Source: Paramecium tetraurelia
Lineage: Eukaryota
Length of the DNA stretch: 64,000 nt
NCBI GenBank assembly: GCA_000165425.1
Contig: CT868141.1
Span: 248,001 to 312,000 of the forward strand
Direction of reading: 5' to 3'
The notes under the pieces were generated by a model, which was not told where the DNA came from, made no database searches, and saw only the letters and a list, made by a program, of their open reading frames with translations. Position 1 is the stretch's first letter; each line of letters starts with the position of its first letter. Shown piece after piece: positions 26,201 to 41,688 of this stretch. A program made the position numbers and the translations under genes.

Positions 26201-27521
26201 CATAATTCCAAATTCTAATTGTACTATCATATTTGCTTGCTGTTACTATTAAGGGTCTTTATAAGCAGACATCTAAATGAGTAATTGGGGCATTATGAAA
26301 CCCATTAAATAAAAAATCAAATTTAACCTCTCTCTTTAAAAATTTCTCATTATTCTTATATGATTCCAATACTTCAGTTGAGTTTGGCAATACTTGACCC
26401 ATTTCAATTGTGCAGATATCATTGTTTGAGAATGCTACCGCAACTAGATCTTCTTATTTCGTTATGTCCATACTGACAACTTAACTTTTTCTTTCGCATC
26501 TCCATTTCTTTAAGAATTGTAAATCCATTACAACCTCAATACCATCTTCTGTCTTCTATTTATCGTGATCATCTCCTCTAATCCATAGTGCAAAATGACC
26601 ACTATCTGATCCAACCAAAAATCCTTTCGAAAATGTTATCAAAGAAGAAACTCCAGGGCCCCTGATATCATTAAAAGCATTGTTTATATATTGTCTAACA
26701 TCATTATCGTGAATAATGAAAATTTCAGCTTTGTCATTTGCCAAAATCACTTTATTCTCTTCGAACCATGCATGATCTGTAAATGTCTAAATAGGAGCCA
26801 ATCTTTTAATTTAATCAGTTAAGGAAATAAAGGAGTTTTCTTGAACTCTTAGTATTTTAAAGTAGTTTTTTCCACTTACAGCCACCATATGATTATCTTT
26901 TGGAGATATTGAAACTCTAGTCAATTCTTATCCTATTGCAGATAATGCTAAATGTTTCATTCTAATCAAATCTACAAAAATCAATAAATAATCTGGAGGA
27001 CCTGTTAAACAAAGTAAAAATCTAATTGGGATTCAATTTTAAATATTACCTTGAATCTGTATGTGAAAATGCCATACTAATGAATGTTGATGATTTAGTA
27101 TCTAAATATTTATATGGTTTCTTCTCAGCTTCCATTTTACTGGGATGGGCTTTCAAATTATATATTACTAACTAAGGAACTGTTTCATTTTTCATTTTTT
27201 CTGCAACTGCTAATGTCCTATTAAAATTAAAACCTGTTTCATTACCTCTTGTTTGGAGCAACAGTCATGCAGGAAACAATATCTAGATTGTCAGATAATC
27301 GAATAAATTGAGTATCTGGCTTATCAATAAATTTCTAAGCTATAAATTTACCAACTGGATAGAGTAATCTCCTTTATTCATCTAAAAACTTAATATATTG
27401 ACTTTCTACCCTCTATAATACTTATGCTATCTTTAAATTTTGCAGAACATAAACTACCATATGATTATATCACATCTAATTTAAGTCTTCTATCTTCATT
27501 TCTTCTTTTCTTGTCATCCAT
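23238..27521 (-). CDS. CFAP57: Cilia- and flagella-associated protein 57 (WD40 repeats plus a long coiled coil)
   Basis: SVGFHPTGYYLAAGFQDKLRIFHVLHSELRAYKEMAVKCCTQVKFSQGGHMLAVA and LKGHSNQITDLIW..LASCGLDGSIFEW match the CFAP57/WDR65 pattern. The C-terminal coiled coil contains QKSKHVLSFRTTEMKKSLEP. Confidence 0.88.
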
Positions 27522-28290
27522 TTTTAAAATTATTATATATATAATAATAATTGTGAAATCACAGATTATTATTTATCTCAATTCTATTTATTGTTGGAAG
27601 AGGCTCAAATCACCAACGAGAGGAAGGAATATGGTCTATTTTAATCCAAAAAAAGAACTGTCTGCAATTTCATAATGGGGAACTGACTAAGATTATAGCA
27701 ATGGTTTTTAATCTAGTATGGTTATAATTATAAACTGAGATATAATTAATAAATTCAGCTTAAAATGATATCAGAACAAGTAGAAACCTTTTTCTTAATT
27801 ATATGCGATTAATTAAAGTAGCAGGTAGTGATGAAATAATTAATAGGACTATGAATAAACTGGAAGAATGAATTATTATAAAGAATTCTAATAGACATAT
27901 AGCAATGATCACAATTATCAAATTAAATAACATTTTCTTTGATAAATTAAAATCAATCAAACATTTAAACTAAATTTTAATCAAATAAACAATTTTTCAT
28001 TTTCATTATATTTCAGAATTTAAATCATATAGGTTAGATAAGAGATTAATAAATTTACACTTCCCTAAGAATAATCAAAATGCTTTCGAATTGATAATCT
28101 TTTTTATATAAATTTTTTTAAACCTAAACAAGTAGGAAATAATTTTAAAATCAACATCTTATTGTTAACAAATTATTTTTTTTTTAATTAGATGGAAATG
28201 ATTCTGATATATTTTGAAAGAATAATAAAATTGGTTTAAATGAAACTATGTAGAAAATAAATATATAATTAGGTGCATAAATATTAAGAT

Positions 28291-31200
28291 TCATTATTTT
28301 TCTGTTTAGTCTTAATCTCCTTCCTATGATTCTATTTAAAGGGCTCTACCAAAAGGGAAAAATTTAGTCTCTTTTTCTTGAATACATTTATTAACATATT
28401 TTTCTAAAGCGTTGCAATCATTCGGATCTTTATTTTTAATATAAATTATGTAATATAACATATGGTAAACGCTATGTTCTAGATATATGTGGTAGTGCCA
28501 TCCTTTTGTACCTCTAATATGAATATAAATGAAGATATTACTTAGTATCAATGTCATTTTTATCTTAGCTACAAATAAAGCATTTGCCTTCAATTTCTTT
28601 AACCAAAGCCTATCTTTCATCTCTCAATTCACCAAAAGTATCCAAAATGATACCAAATATGATTTGGATAAAAAGGATGTTAAAGATGATGAAAAATGTA
28701 AAATCAAAGAAGTATCTGCCCCAATATAAAGTGGGGTCATCATAAGCATCAGGATATTTCGTCAAAGATTCTCCTATGCCTCCACCATTTCTCAATCCGA
28801 AATTGATTGTTGAAGTGACAGCAAGAATGAATGTTTAGCCATAAACACCACTTTCATCATCAAACATTTAATCAAAATTAGAAAATGCGATAATTGCATA
28901 GATTAACAAACCAATCAACCCTAGGAATGAAAAGATTGCTAGATTTCGGCCATTGGATGTAATGGATCTTATGATATTTTAGAGATCCTCTGATCTTTTG
29001 ACAATGTCCAACAGGAGTATAGCATAAATGTAAGGATTAAAGAATGCATATACTGTTAATCCAAAAATGCAAATCTAATTTATATAAATAAGTCTTACAT
29101 TATAGAAATTATCGAAGTCGAAAAATATCACCAAAATTAATTTCTTTATCGAACTTTGATTTACTTTTTCTTCTTAGAATTCAGATTCAAAATAACCTAT
29201 CAAACTGTAATATTTCATTGTCAACCATGAAATCTAAAAGCCTGCTTCCTTCTTTAAGATTTGTACTCTCTTAGCATTTGTCTGTCCTCTATTATATGTA
29301 ATAGAAATAGGGTATCTTTCAATGGCACAAAAGAAAACAATAATTAGATTTAAAACCAACTACACTATCGTAATTATCTAATATAGAATAAGAAATCTAT
29401 ACATTATTTAAATAACTAACGAAGCTTTCTCCAGATGTAACATTTTAATCTTCAGGTGCTTCAGTATTAGATCCTATTTTACTGTTGATTACCGTATCAT
29501 GCATGAATATAAGTAGAACTACAATAATTAAACACAACAAGAAGGAGACATCCTTTAATAATCTCCAATATACAGCACCAAAGTGCATAACCTTTCTATT
29601 ATTAATGTATTAAGAATGTCTCATTTGAACTTGATAGAACTCAGAATACTCGATCAATCCCAACATTCTATCCTCGTCTGTTTCTCTATTGATTTCATAG
29701 ATCAAATGTTGTTTGATATTCGGAGTAATAAAGTTACAAACAAATGGTTTTTAGAAAAAGACTTTTTCTAATTGATTGAATTCATTTTGTATTTCTATTC
29801 TTCCTGTGAATTGTCTATAAAATTTAAAGAATCTTTAGGTTCTATCAAATTAATAGCTTTTATCATTTTGAACGTCCAGGAAAATTTTCTTTAAGCTTGA
29901 ATTTTCTAATTTGGGATCTCCACCAGGCAACAACCCATCACCTTCATCCTAATTATAATCATATTTGCTTCCTGGATTTATAGGTAAAATCTTTTGGTTT
30001 GACAAAGTCTTCTTCTTTTATAATTCTTCTTCTTGAAAATCATCCAAATCTAAAAGGTCTTCCTATTCTTCTTATTCCTCATCAAATTTGAATAATTCCA
30101 ATTAAGAGTCTTATGTGAAATGTTCTGATAATTTTAGACAAATTATAAATATATTAAACCCAGTCTATATTAACATATTGTCTTCATCTGTTCTTAATCC
30201 AAAGTGGCATAAACTATTAGTACAATGCCTATGATTTCCTGTTTCTGATTCATCGCAAATGTTATCTAAAATGATGTTCCTTTATTTGGGTTTTATTCTT
30301 TCCTCATAAATAGACTTGGATATCCTTATCAAAATAGTAATATCAACTGTTTTTAAAATGAACTCTAATGATTGAATATCTGATCTTCCTTAGGTCAATA
30401 ATAACAGCAATTTGATAAAGGATTATAGAGTTTAATAGGAAGAGTATTTCTTTTTACCTTCATTAGTTGCAATGCCTTCTCCATCTAAAACTATGTCTTC
30501 ATCCAAAGTCTAATTCATTTATTACTTCTCCTTCAATATCATTCTATTTTCTTTATAGAGCGAACTAAAATTCTATAGGTCTTATTTTTGAAGAATTGAA
30601 TTCAATAAAGTGAATAATCTTGCATTTTTGCATAATTCTTTCTTATTTTCTACATACCCTGTAGAAAATTCAACTAAACTCTCCAATGCTTGTCTATAAA
30701 TTTCTTGTAACTTATAAAAAACTCTCTATCCTTTTTCTAAAAGGTCAGCTAGTAATCCTGCTACTTCATTTACTATATTGATATTAGCTTAATATGAATC
30801 GTCATCATATTAAAATACAAGGAATCTCTAAAACTCCATATTTACATTCTCACATAAGGCTTAAAGTAATTATAGAACCTTAAGACAAAGCAATTTATAT
30901 TCAGTATTGTCCCCATTAGTTAATTCTAGTTCTTTTATTCTAACATCTAGATCTATCAAGAAGAATCCTCTCAAAAACACTAGAAACTTCTATTTCACAT
31001 GTTCTTCCTTCAACAATTTATAAAACTTCTTTTACACATATTCATTTCCATAATCTAATAAATGAATAAGAAAAGACAAAGCTTCAATTTTTTATTGATC
31101 ATCGTCTGTTTAATTTAACATCTCCAATGCCAAAATATCTAGCTATCCATCAGCCATAGCCCTTTAAAATTTTACATATGTTTCCTTCTTATCCCTAACA

Positions 31201-34200
31201 AATTATTTAGAATCTTCATCCTTTGCTTCTGTCAAAGAGTCTATTTCATCTTGAGTTGGCCTTTTGAGTTATAAAAATATTCTGCAAAGTTTGATTAGAT
31301 AAATTTCTTTATTTAAAAAGATTTCTTAGCATTTTTTCAAAAAATCTTTAAGATTATCTAAATTAAAAACATTAGTTTGTTATTTCTCTAATGTTTTTAT
31401 TAAGAGTTCTATTTAAACATCCTCAGATATCAAATTCCCATTTAACTCAAGTTATCCTCCTAATTTTTTATAATATTTTGCTATTAATCGAATTGTAGAT
31501 AATGAAAAGTCTTTTTTCAAGCTATCCAAGCTATCTTATTAACGCTAATAAGCTTAAATTTATTATTAAGCAATATTTGCATTAAACTTTCTTTCAAAAG
31601 ACTCTCTCATAGCCTATTTAAATAATTCCCAATCTACAAATTATTTGTTTCTGTTATTCACAGATTCTTGATTTTTAATACGAGCAACATCAGTTTAATA
31701 TATATTTTCAATATCTTTTAATAAAATGTATTATTTATAAACGTTGCAAGTCTTAACAATTTTTCTTGACTTTTCTTAATCGGTTAATTCTGATGAACTT
31801 TTTTCGATATAATAACAAAACTACAAAATGTTTACTTTATATCTTATCAAATATATTTTAAAGTTTCTCTTAAATGGATTTTCAATCCTTTAAACATTAT
31901 CTTATTCTTAAAGTTTTTTCTCTCCATTCTAATCTTCTTTTAAAGTATCATATTTATCAAATAATAATTTATCAGTATTTTTATCTTATATAAATCCAAT
32001 TCTAAAATTCTAACCAAATTTAGTAATTTTCCTTTGAGGTATAATTTCCTCAATTGAAATTATTAATTCTCTATAATCATCCAAATCTAAATCTTCTTTC
32101 TTTACTCTAAAATCTCTTTCTAATACATTAAATATCTCTTTTATTTTCTACACGTTTTATTTGATAATTGCAAATTCATCTGACAAATTGGAATTCTCAG
32201 GGTTTTCAATATCAATTCTATCTTTCATTTCATCATAGGTATAGACTAAAAAGTGAATAATACCATTTTTTCTCAAATATGTCCAAAATTCACTACAATC
32301 TCTAAGTATTCCAATCTCTTTTTCAGATGTAGAATCTATAGATAATCTTTTTTCAAAATAATTTCTTTTTTATCTTGCGATTTGTTCTCTCAAATCCTTC
32401 TGAGTAACTTTCTTATTCTTATCTTAATTTATTAATTTAGCCAGCCCTTCCAAAAATTTACATATTTGTTTCTAATCTAACTCAGGTATAATTATTCTTG
32501 ATAATATGTCTCTTACTTCATCACTCTCCACTGTGTCATTCATAAACTCTCCCTCCTTTGCTTAATTTATATATAATTCAAATAAGCACTATAGATATGC
32601 TCTCTTAACAATGTACTCAGAATTTGAATTCAACAGAATTGATTTCAGTTATTCGTATAATATTATTCTTTACATCTCTTAAATACCTAATCTATAATAT
32701 TAGCAACAATCTGTAATTAAAATGATTAATTATGCATGCAATTTAATTCTATGATAATATAAACTATCGGTTCCATTCTACTCTTCTTATTCTTACCCAG
32801 GAACTAATAGCTTTTTATAGTAATTTACAGGTTCTAATACAATTCTCAAAAAATCATTTTTTAAAATAGAACTTAAAATCAAATGCTTATTTAGAGGAGA
32901 TTGTTCAGCTGGAGTCTCAAAGGTTTTAGTTAAGGATCGTAAAATTCTCAAGTATTAAATTAAACTAAAATAAGCAACTGCATCTAAATGCTTCTTTCTT
33001 GGAGTGACCTTCCTTTCAAAATATACATCTCTCAAACTGAATGCATTCACAAAAAATTCTTCACTTTGCATTAATTCAGCTCCTAATTTCTCAATTCTTT
33101 CAAAAACATTTATAATGAAATTATCATGCTCAGATACTGGTATTGTGGATAATAATTATACAACAAGCTTAGTGATTTTAATTGGTACATAATACCAATC
33201 CTCTGCGTCTTATTAATCAACTTAGATTATATCAAGTAGTTTATATAAGTACTCATTCTAAGCTAGAATCGCTATGTTAGTTTCATTATCTTTTGTGAAA
33301 TATTCAAAAAACAAAATTAATTTCTTATAAAATTAAACAATATCTGGAGTACTACAAATATTTTAGGGTTTCACTAAAAATTATAGAAATACCAAATGAA
33401 CACCTGCATTTCTTACAATATTTTAAAAGGATTTTAAATATTAAACCTCTTAAGAATTTGGTTTAAAGAATTACTCAAATTATTCAATTATTTTTGATTG
33501 ATAGTTTTTTAAGGAATCAAATGATGTTACTCTTTTTTGAGCATTTTTTCTCCTCTTGCTATTTTGAATGTATTTTGTTGCTCTTTTTGTTAAAATTTAT
33601 GCTTCTTTGGGACTGATGATCTAAACAGTATTTGAATTTCCATTTATAATTGAAAAATATTTTAATTCCATTAAGTTATCAATAATTTCTACTTCCTTAA
33701 TTTCATTTGTTGAATTTTTGGGTGCATGAAAGTTATCTATAAGAATTTGAAGTAACTCTTCGTTCAATTTATTTCTTTTTTCTGATGAAAGTAAACAAGA
33801 AAACAATAATGCACTAAACCTATTTCCATCAGGCTCCTTAAAAACATTAAATATAGCTTTTTATGCTGGAGTCTTTTATTTTTTAATCTATTCCTCCTAA
33901 ATATTATTGTCGATTTCATTATTATTGAACTCAAACTAATCAAGATCTCTAGAACTGGGCGAGCTTAAATTTGACTCATTTAATTATTATTTACTGAATA
34001 GAAATTCAAGAATTTAGAGATTCAATTTTAAGAATCCAAAAATCTTTAAAATTTAAAGACCTTCTAAGTATATTTTCATTTTTAATAAATCATCAGTACA
34101 ATATTGGAATGTCCATATCAAAAATTAAAGAATCCAATTTCTTTAAAATTAAATATCTTATCTGATTATTTATTCAGATTATTTTGAAGATTTATCTTAT

Positions 34201-37200
34201 TTTTTATGCTTAGATTTTCTTTACTCCTATAATTGTTAAGCAGTGGGTAAATAAGTTGTAACCCAAACATTCTTTTCAATAGATTAACTAAGTTTATATA
34301 GATTTGATTCAAAATTCTCATTCTCTTTAAATTTATGTATTTTATTATCGGGTCTTTATTGTAAAATCAATGCCACAAAAATATTGGGCAATATTGAAAA
34401 GATCCTTTAATTTTCATCTAATTAATTATATCCCAAGTCAATACTATTTTTTACTATTTATAAAATTCCCAAGAAGTACTGTAACTAGTAATAGGCTAAT
34501 CTTTTATAATCGATATTGATTTGATTAATAGTGGACTTTTAAGTTTATAATAGATTGCCACTGAATTCTTGAACTCTAAAATGATCTGGATAATCTATTT
34601 AAGTAAAAATTTCTAAATAGTAGATTCTAACATCATTTATTTATTTTCTGGATAACATTTTGGAAGCATATAATTTCATATACTGATGTTCTGCTTTTGC
34701 CTCTTTTTAATTAAGGAATTTCTGATATTCTTCATTTCTTTTCAATTATTTTGTGGCATTGTTTTCATAGAAATACACTCCTGATTGATTCTAAATATCA
34801 AATTGATCCAAATCATCGTTTAAATAACATTTATTATCAAATTATGACACTTTGATCAATGGATCAATATCTAAATATAAATTACAGAATAATTCAATCA
34901 AAGTCCTTTCGAATCTCAATTCTGTTTTGATGTTTTATTGTCTTTTCAAACAGATCTCCAAAAACTTTTCATTCAAAAAACAATTTTTCATTAAACATTT
35001 GATACTTTTTTAATTTCTTCCCTTACATAATGATGAATATAAATCCATAACATTCATCAAATAATTTTCATATTTTAAAAATATTGGCATCACTGTCTTA
35101 AGATCCTCTTGTTTTACTAACTGATTTTCTTTTAATGCCTCAGTAGTAAAGAAATCTATGGTTACATCAACTAAAGGAGGTCTTCTGGTAATAAATCGCT
35201 ATGCGACTTTGATCTGTCTCTCAACAAATCTCAAATACAATTAGCAAAATGTTGGATTGTTCTATCCGAATTAGTGTGACAATTATAATAACATACCTTT
35301 TTCTCTCTTTGGTGAAAATTGGACAACTGGATAATAGTTTTGGTTCTCCTCATAAATGTCTAAAGCAATTAAGGCTTTTTGAAAAGGTAGAGATGAATCA
35401 GGTTTCCTTCTTGTTCCAAATAGCAATCTTCTACAAGAATCTTAACACAATGAATTAGGATTTTCGTAAGGGTCGATCATCATTAAACTAAGAATTTCAA
35501 TATATAGTGCTTGATCCTCTATGTTATCTTCAGTCAAAGGCTATAATTCGTTAACCCATTTCTTAATACTGGCTTTTGTATCACTCATATCTGTATAACG
35601 TACACTTTCTTTAATTAACTTGGATACATGTTCTCTTTGATGTTTCAATTATTAAAGCAAGAAATCTAGGATGCTTTCTTTATTCATCTCCAAACTTAGA
35701 ACATAATTGCTTGTTTCTGGATTACTTTAAACACAGAGACTCAATAAAGAGTAGATTTCTTAAATACAATTGATTTTTTGAGTTTAAGTTACTATTGGAT
35801 CTAATTTCATCTTGGCTATTTTTGAAGGACTTTTTTCTTAGATGGTTTTATTATTTTCTCTGAGATTTCCGTAAATCATACAATTGCACAATCTTTAAAT
35901 TGCAAAGAGCAGATTAATAATATCATTATCCATTAATGCCTTTTATTTTTGTTGTAATTGCTCATTAGATTAAGGTTTTCCTTCATTTGTTAAATACATT
36001 TTGAGATTATCCAAAGTTTGAAACAGTTGTAAAATTTCATCAAATAATGACTTTTGATTATTGAAAGCTTCATAATATTCATACTTTCGTTTTTCTTCTT
36101 AATTTTGTTAATTTTGCTCAATAGATTTAACTACACCCCAATCCTATAAAAATATATAAAACTTAATTAAATATTCTTGAAGTGAATTAAGTCTAAATGA
36201 TATTTTAGAAAGATCTTGAGATGTTTACTTGAACAGAAAAGTTGCTCTCTCTATATTTTACTTTTAACTTTTCCTTTACACAGCCACTTTGGTTTCTTCT
36301 AAACAAACAACAACCACACTTTCTTAAGCAACATAATTATCAACTTAAAAGTTCATTGCAGATTATATTTTACAAGCTTCACTATAAGAAATAGTATCAT
36401 TCGATGTTTTTTTGGATTTCAGATTAATTTGACATTCCATTTTCAACCCATCATATGTCAATCCAACTCCATAATTTGTAATTTGTAAGAACAATCCAGT
36501 ACAAACATGTCTTATTAAAAATACACTTTCATAGGTGGGTCTTGAATATATTAAACTATCTACATGCTGCACTTACCAAAGAGAATTTAACTCTTCATCT
36601 GCTTTAGGTGAAGTATCAACATATAATTAATACATTTAATTAATTTTTTCATTTCTTATTTTATCCACATCAAAATAAAATTGATTGATTGCATAATTGA
36701 TATTAGTCTCATAATCCTTAATAATTAATGGTTTCTTATCTAATCCATCAGTTATTCTTTGTATTCTCTTGATACACAGGTAGCCTCCCAAATATCTATT
36801 TTTTATAGACACAACATCCCCACTCTACAAATATTTTCCTTTGATTTATTATTTGTTGATTTCTTCTTCTGTTTTATTATCAATATAACTTGAAATTTTC
36901 AATGGGTACGCTTATTCAGAGGCATTAACTTCAAGTCCATCCTTTTTTTCAAATTTTGCAGATGGCTTTTATATTCCTAAGTTCCATTGTGATTAATTAG
37001 AATTTTAAACAATAATCTAATCTCCATATAAAATTGGTTCACCTGGATTTTTTACAGAATTCATAGATAAAATTCTAAAGTTTGAATTTAAATTCGGTAT
37101 TTCTTCCAAGGATAGTTCTCTACAACAATTTTCCTTTGCTAATATGTCACTATTCAGAGACAGTGTGCATCCTGAATATATGTGTAAGAGTTGGATTTCT

Positions 37201-37792
37201 TATCCATAAACTATATTAGATCCATAGAGATGATTATATAATCTCTCATTTTCATTTATTTCTTCTTCGCACTTTTTTTGAAATTCCTCCAATCTTTTAT
37301 CATAATCAGATGTCAATTTATCCAATTCCATCTAGTATGTCTCATCTGCAGCTATTTCCCTTATGGTATCGATCGGTTTCTCTTTTTCTTCCTTGTATTA
37401 ATTTTAGTATAAGTATTTTTTGCCTGTAATGATTTAAAATAAACTTTTCTAGAATGATAGGCTGCCAACCTTGCATTACAGGCTTTTTTGAGATTAGACG
37501 TCTTATAATTTATTTTTACCTAAAACCTGAATACATTCTAATTTATTGCTTGCAATTCCATCGCCAGATATCACTCCTTTAAAATCATCACTCAAATAGG
37601 ATTTGAAATAGATTATGTCACCCACTTTTAGATTGAAGTTTCGCCTTTTATATAAATAACTATTTACTTTTAAGGCTTAACATTCTCCACAATTTACGGT
37701 AGAGGTATAATATTATGAGTTTGAGGTATGTAATTTTCAGCTCCAAGTAACGATTGCTTTCTTAAATTTGGAATAGGTGGTAAGTCAGTCAT
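28291..37792 (-). CDS. IP3 receptor/ryanodine receptor-like Ca2+ release channel (about 3,100 aa); the introns seen are near the 3' end
   Basis: N-terminal IP3R/MIR motifs (FRKSLFQI, IVYGQEIQLLHIYSG, FLIRHVCTGLFL), then LQALCENVNMEFQRFL and FTGRIEI..VFFQKP. The pore reads GLRNGGGIGE..GRYFFDFTFFIIFNILFIQIIFGIILDTFGELRDE, followed by the zinc site CFIC..HIYLEH. Confidence 0.95.
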
Positions 37793-38204
37793 TACTAATA
37801 ATTAATTTATAATATATATAATGCTAAATTATATTCGATTTAATCACAAAACTCTTTTAAATTATCAATTGATATTGATAGAAAGATAAGACTATCACAA
37901 AAAAGACATTAACTAATTTAGGACAGATCTATTATGCTCCTAACTTACAACTTTTATACTTATATAATTATTAATTATTCATAAATTACAACAATTGCTT
38001 ATAAACTTATTCATAAATGTATCTCTCTTGTTAATTGATAAAACATATTTCTTCATTACAAATCAGAAGTTGGAAGATACTTCCTATTCAATATATAGAT
38101 AAAGGTTCCCTGTAGATCCCAGTATTCCACTCATATGTTAATATTAAATGAGATTCCCTATTGTTTTCATGAAATCTTAATGAATTCAATAAAAAACTCA
38201 TTAT

Positions 38205-39166
38205 ATGATAAATAATTTATAAATTGCACCTCTAACTGCTCTTCATAAATTACTATCATTTAATAAGACAATCAAATTTAACGATAAACATCAAGAATCA
38301 TAAAAATAAAAGAGTCTTCAAAAATCTATTTAACATTTAAGTTCCAGCTAATGCGAGATGTTCAATTTTAGAATTAAGAATAAATTACCGACTCCAAAAA
38401 ATACCATAGATTCCTCTCTAAGATAAAGCATCGGCAAAATTAGTAACAATAACGATAGTGGAACCAAAAAGAATACAAAGATAAAAGATGAACTTATATC
38501 AGTATTAAGAAAAGCTTAGAGCTAATCCAAAAAAACTACTAACTTAGATAATTTATTAGCCACTTCCAAGACTCCTAAATAATTCAGCGATTTAGAAGGC
38601 TTTAAAATAAAAAGGCCCCCTCTATTGCAATATTTAGGCGAAGAAAATGAGAAACTCAATATTCAGAGTGCAAAAAGTGCTTCAGAAAAAAATTAAAGTC
38701 TTGAAAATAGATATTCTTCTGGTACTCATTCACAGTATTTTAGGGTTTTTTACAAGCACTAATTAAAGATAGCAAAAATTTGGATCTTTGAATGAGGTCT
38801 TGAAATAATATATCTAATACAAAAGCTAACAGAAATGTAACTAAATACTTTAATTTAGAGGCTGGAACTGGAGAAGGTATCAAGGTATGTAAATCTGCCA
38901 GAAATGCACAGTAGTAATTATTAATGAAGGAGTCAGAAAATCAAGAGAAATACTTTCCAAAGCAAAAGTCTGATTATGCTAAAGGTTAATCAAAGCTAAT
39001 TAATGATAATTTACACAATTTGTTCTTAAAAACTCAGAATGTTTTAGAAAAATACAAAGCTAAAGAACTTTAATGGAAAAAATAAAAAAAGTAATTAAGA
39101 GATGAAATTAGGATTCTTAAGCAACAATTGAAATAACAACAATTATAAAATTAAATATATCACTGA
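38205..39166 (+). CDS. Hypothetical protein with a C-terminal coiled coil, two 22-nt introns
   Basis: MINNLQIAPLTALHKLLSFNK.. is open across gtactc..tttag and gtaact..tttag introns, ending ..KELQWKKQKKQLRDEIRILKQQLKQ..YH then TGA. Confidence 0.6.
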
Positions 39167-40081
39167 TAATATTAATGATTTTCAATTAATAATCACCCCT
39201 CTTAACTAATTTTCTTATTATATACTTACTCCTTTTAGCATGCCATTAGTATTAGTAAGAAATATAATCTAAAATTAGATCATTAATAAGAATATTAAAA
39301 TTTATTTGTTTTTCATATAGGAAATAGTTAATCTTTTTTATTAAACGGTTTTAGCTGGGATTTGAACCATAATTAGTTCAAGTTTGAGTAAAGATGGCTC
39401 TTTTAAAGTAGTATAATTTAAAATAAATATAATTATTAGAATTGAAGCCATTTTATTGAATGAATTATAATAAAAAAACTGATTCTATAAATTGATAAAT
39501 TATTGGAATTTCTTTTGTATGGTTTTAACTCAGAGAGAGAGGATGAGCTTTACAGGTTATTAGAATTGAAATTCGAATCAAAAGTCAAATGTAATGAAAA
39601 ACTTTAATATTTTAGGAATTCCATTAGCCTTTTAACTAAAATTATCAAAATCAATATGTCTTATTATAATTAATGGGAGGAGTTTAATTGATTAACAAAT
39701 ATCACGATTATAACTAATAGTAATCTTATAATTATTTAAGAGTTAAATAATTAAAATTTTAATGATTGGCAGTTTTCCCAGTTAATTATTAAAAGAAAAT
39801 GATGAATATGAATTCTTATCGGCATTTTTGAAAAATTGACGTCGGCTTTGATTTATATTATTATTAAATTACTTTATAAGAAAAAATTTTAATACATTAC
39901 ATAATTCTAATTTGATGTAATTCATTCAATTTTGAATTATATTGATTATTCTTTAAAGTAACATTGAATATTTTTAAAACTCATTAACCAATACAGAATA
40001 TTGTGAGGTTGGGAAAGACTTTAAGAGAAACTTTATTCTTAGCAACATTTAGTATTACTGAATCAAATAATTATTAATTTA

Positions 40082-41379
40082 ATGAATAATTATCAAATTA
40101 CAACATCTTAGTGCTCCCCTAACAATATTTTAGCAGTTTGTGTTGTAATTAGAAAGCACTTTTTTAAAGACAGATAATATTATTTATCTTTAACTCAACA
40201 TTCTTTAACTTTGAGTGATGTAAATTTTGTCACGATTATTTAAATAGGGTCCTAATTAAAAGTCCCCTAAATATACCCAACTTTTGGGATTGGATACTGT
40301 GTTCACTTGGTTATTAGACTAGCAAAATATAATTGGATTCACTTTATTTTATAGGGGAAAAGTTAAGGAATTTTATGGAAAAGCAAGCGACATGCAATAT
40401 TTAAGAGAAAAAATGGGATAATTAGTTATATATGATAATATAAAAAAATTTTATTTTCTGAATGAGAAGAATGAAAAAGGATCTTTTGGAAAAGTAAATT
40501 AAAAATATTTCTAGGTTATGTTAGGTATTTGTAAGCTTTCACAAAAGTAAGTAGCCATAAAATAACTTGAAATTCAGAAAAATTCATAACCAGTTATAAA
40601 AAATGAAATTAACATTTTGAGAACCATCTATAACTATTATTCCCAGAACATCTTGGAGTTAAAAGAAGTATTTAAAGATAAATAATCTTATTTTATTGTC
40701 ACAGAGTTTATAGAGGGATACAATTTACAATAATTATTATCAACAAGAAAAACTCCATATTCTTCATAAGAGTCATTATACATTGTTGAAGTATATTTGA
40801 TAAAAATAAATATAGTAAGTATTAAAAGGCTTAACTCAAATACATCAATCTCGTGTAATACACAGAGATCTTAAACCATCAAATATCATGTACAATTATA
40901 ATAAAATTAAAATCATTGATTTTGGACTTTCATGTTTTGGTGGTAAGTAATTGGATGAGTTTCCTAATTGTGGTACAACAGGTTATTGTGCACCAGAAGT
41001 CTTAAATGCACAAAAAACAATTTAAACTTATAACTATAAAGTTGATATTTTTAGTCTTGGATGCATTTTCTATGAAATATTAACTTTGAAAAAGGTGTTC
41101 CCCTACAATAAAGAATAATCGACTTATTATTAAAACCAGAATTGTTTAATAAATATAGAAGAATAAGGATAAATTTACGATTTAATTAAATTATTTCTTA
41201 AAGAAGATCCTAAATAACGATTGGATACCTTTTAAGCATTAAAATTAGTTTAAAATTTTATAGAAATGAAGAATTTTGATGTAAATACTTGGTATAAAGT
41301 GTAATTTGAGAAAGACTCATTAAGAAATAATTCTGATGAAAATTTTATTTAAAATTTGTCAGGTATATTTAAATTTTGA
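40082..41379 (+). CDS. Ser/Thr protein kinase (CAMK-like) with an N-terminal PH-like region
   Basis: N-terminal [23 protein letters not shown]. Kinase motifs [31 protein letters not shown] and DIFSLG. At least three tiny introns; the 3' end is approximate. Confidence 0.88.
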
Positions 41380-41688
41380 TTAAATACTGGATATATATTA
41401 TTAATTTAATTATATAAATTTGATTTTTATTTAAATATGCACTTGATCCTTATCTTCCATATAATATTTTAATAAATGTCTAATTAAATCCAAATTTCTG
41501 GGTTCTCCAAAAATTCAATTTATTTTGACTTAATACTCAGGAATTACTGTAAAGATTAAATAATTTGTAGCTTTTATATTAGGATTACAATTATCCAAAC
41601 TGAACTCTAATTTAATGTGTCTTATATATAAGATGCTCATAAAATATAGATATAGTTTAATGTGGATATAAATATACTTTATTTTTAC

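Noticed and set aside
27585..27740. Slightly GC-richer patch with a GTTGG/CCAAC inverted repeat between CFAP57 and the Ca2+ channel
   Set aside because: The stem is only 5 bp and there is no clear start codon or ncRNA motif. It may be a gene relic but cannot be supported.
39240..40050. Coding-like region upstream of the kinase
   Set aside because: I could not assemble a consistent spliced frame and found no recognisable motif, so it is left uncalled.
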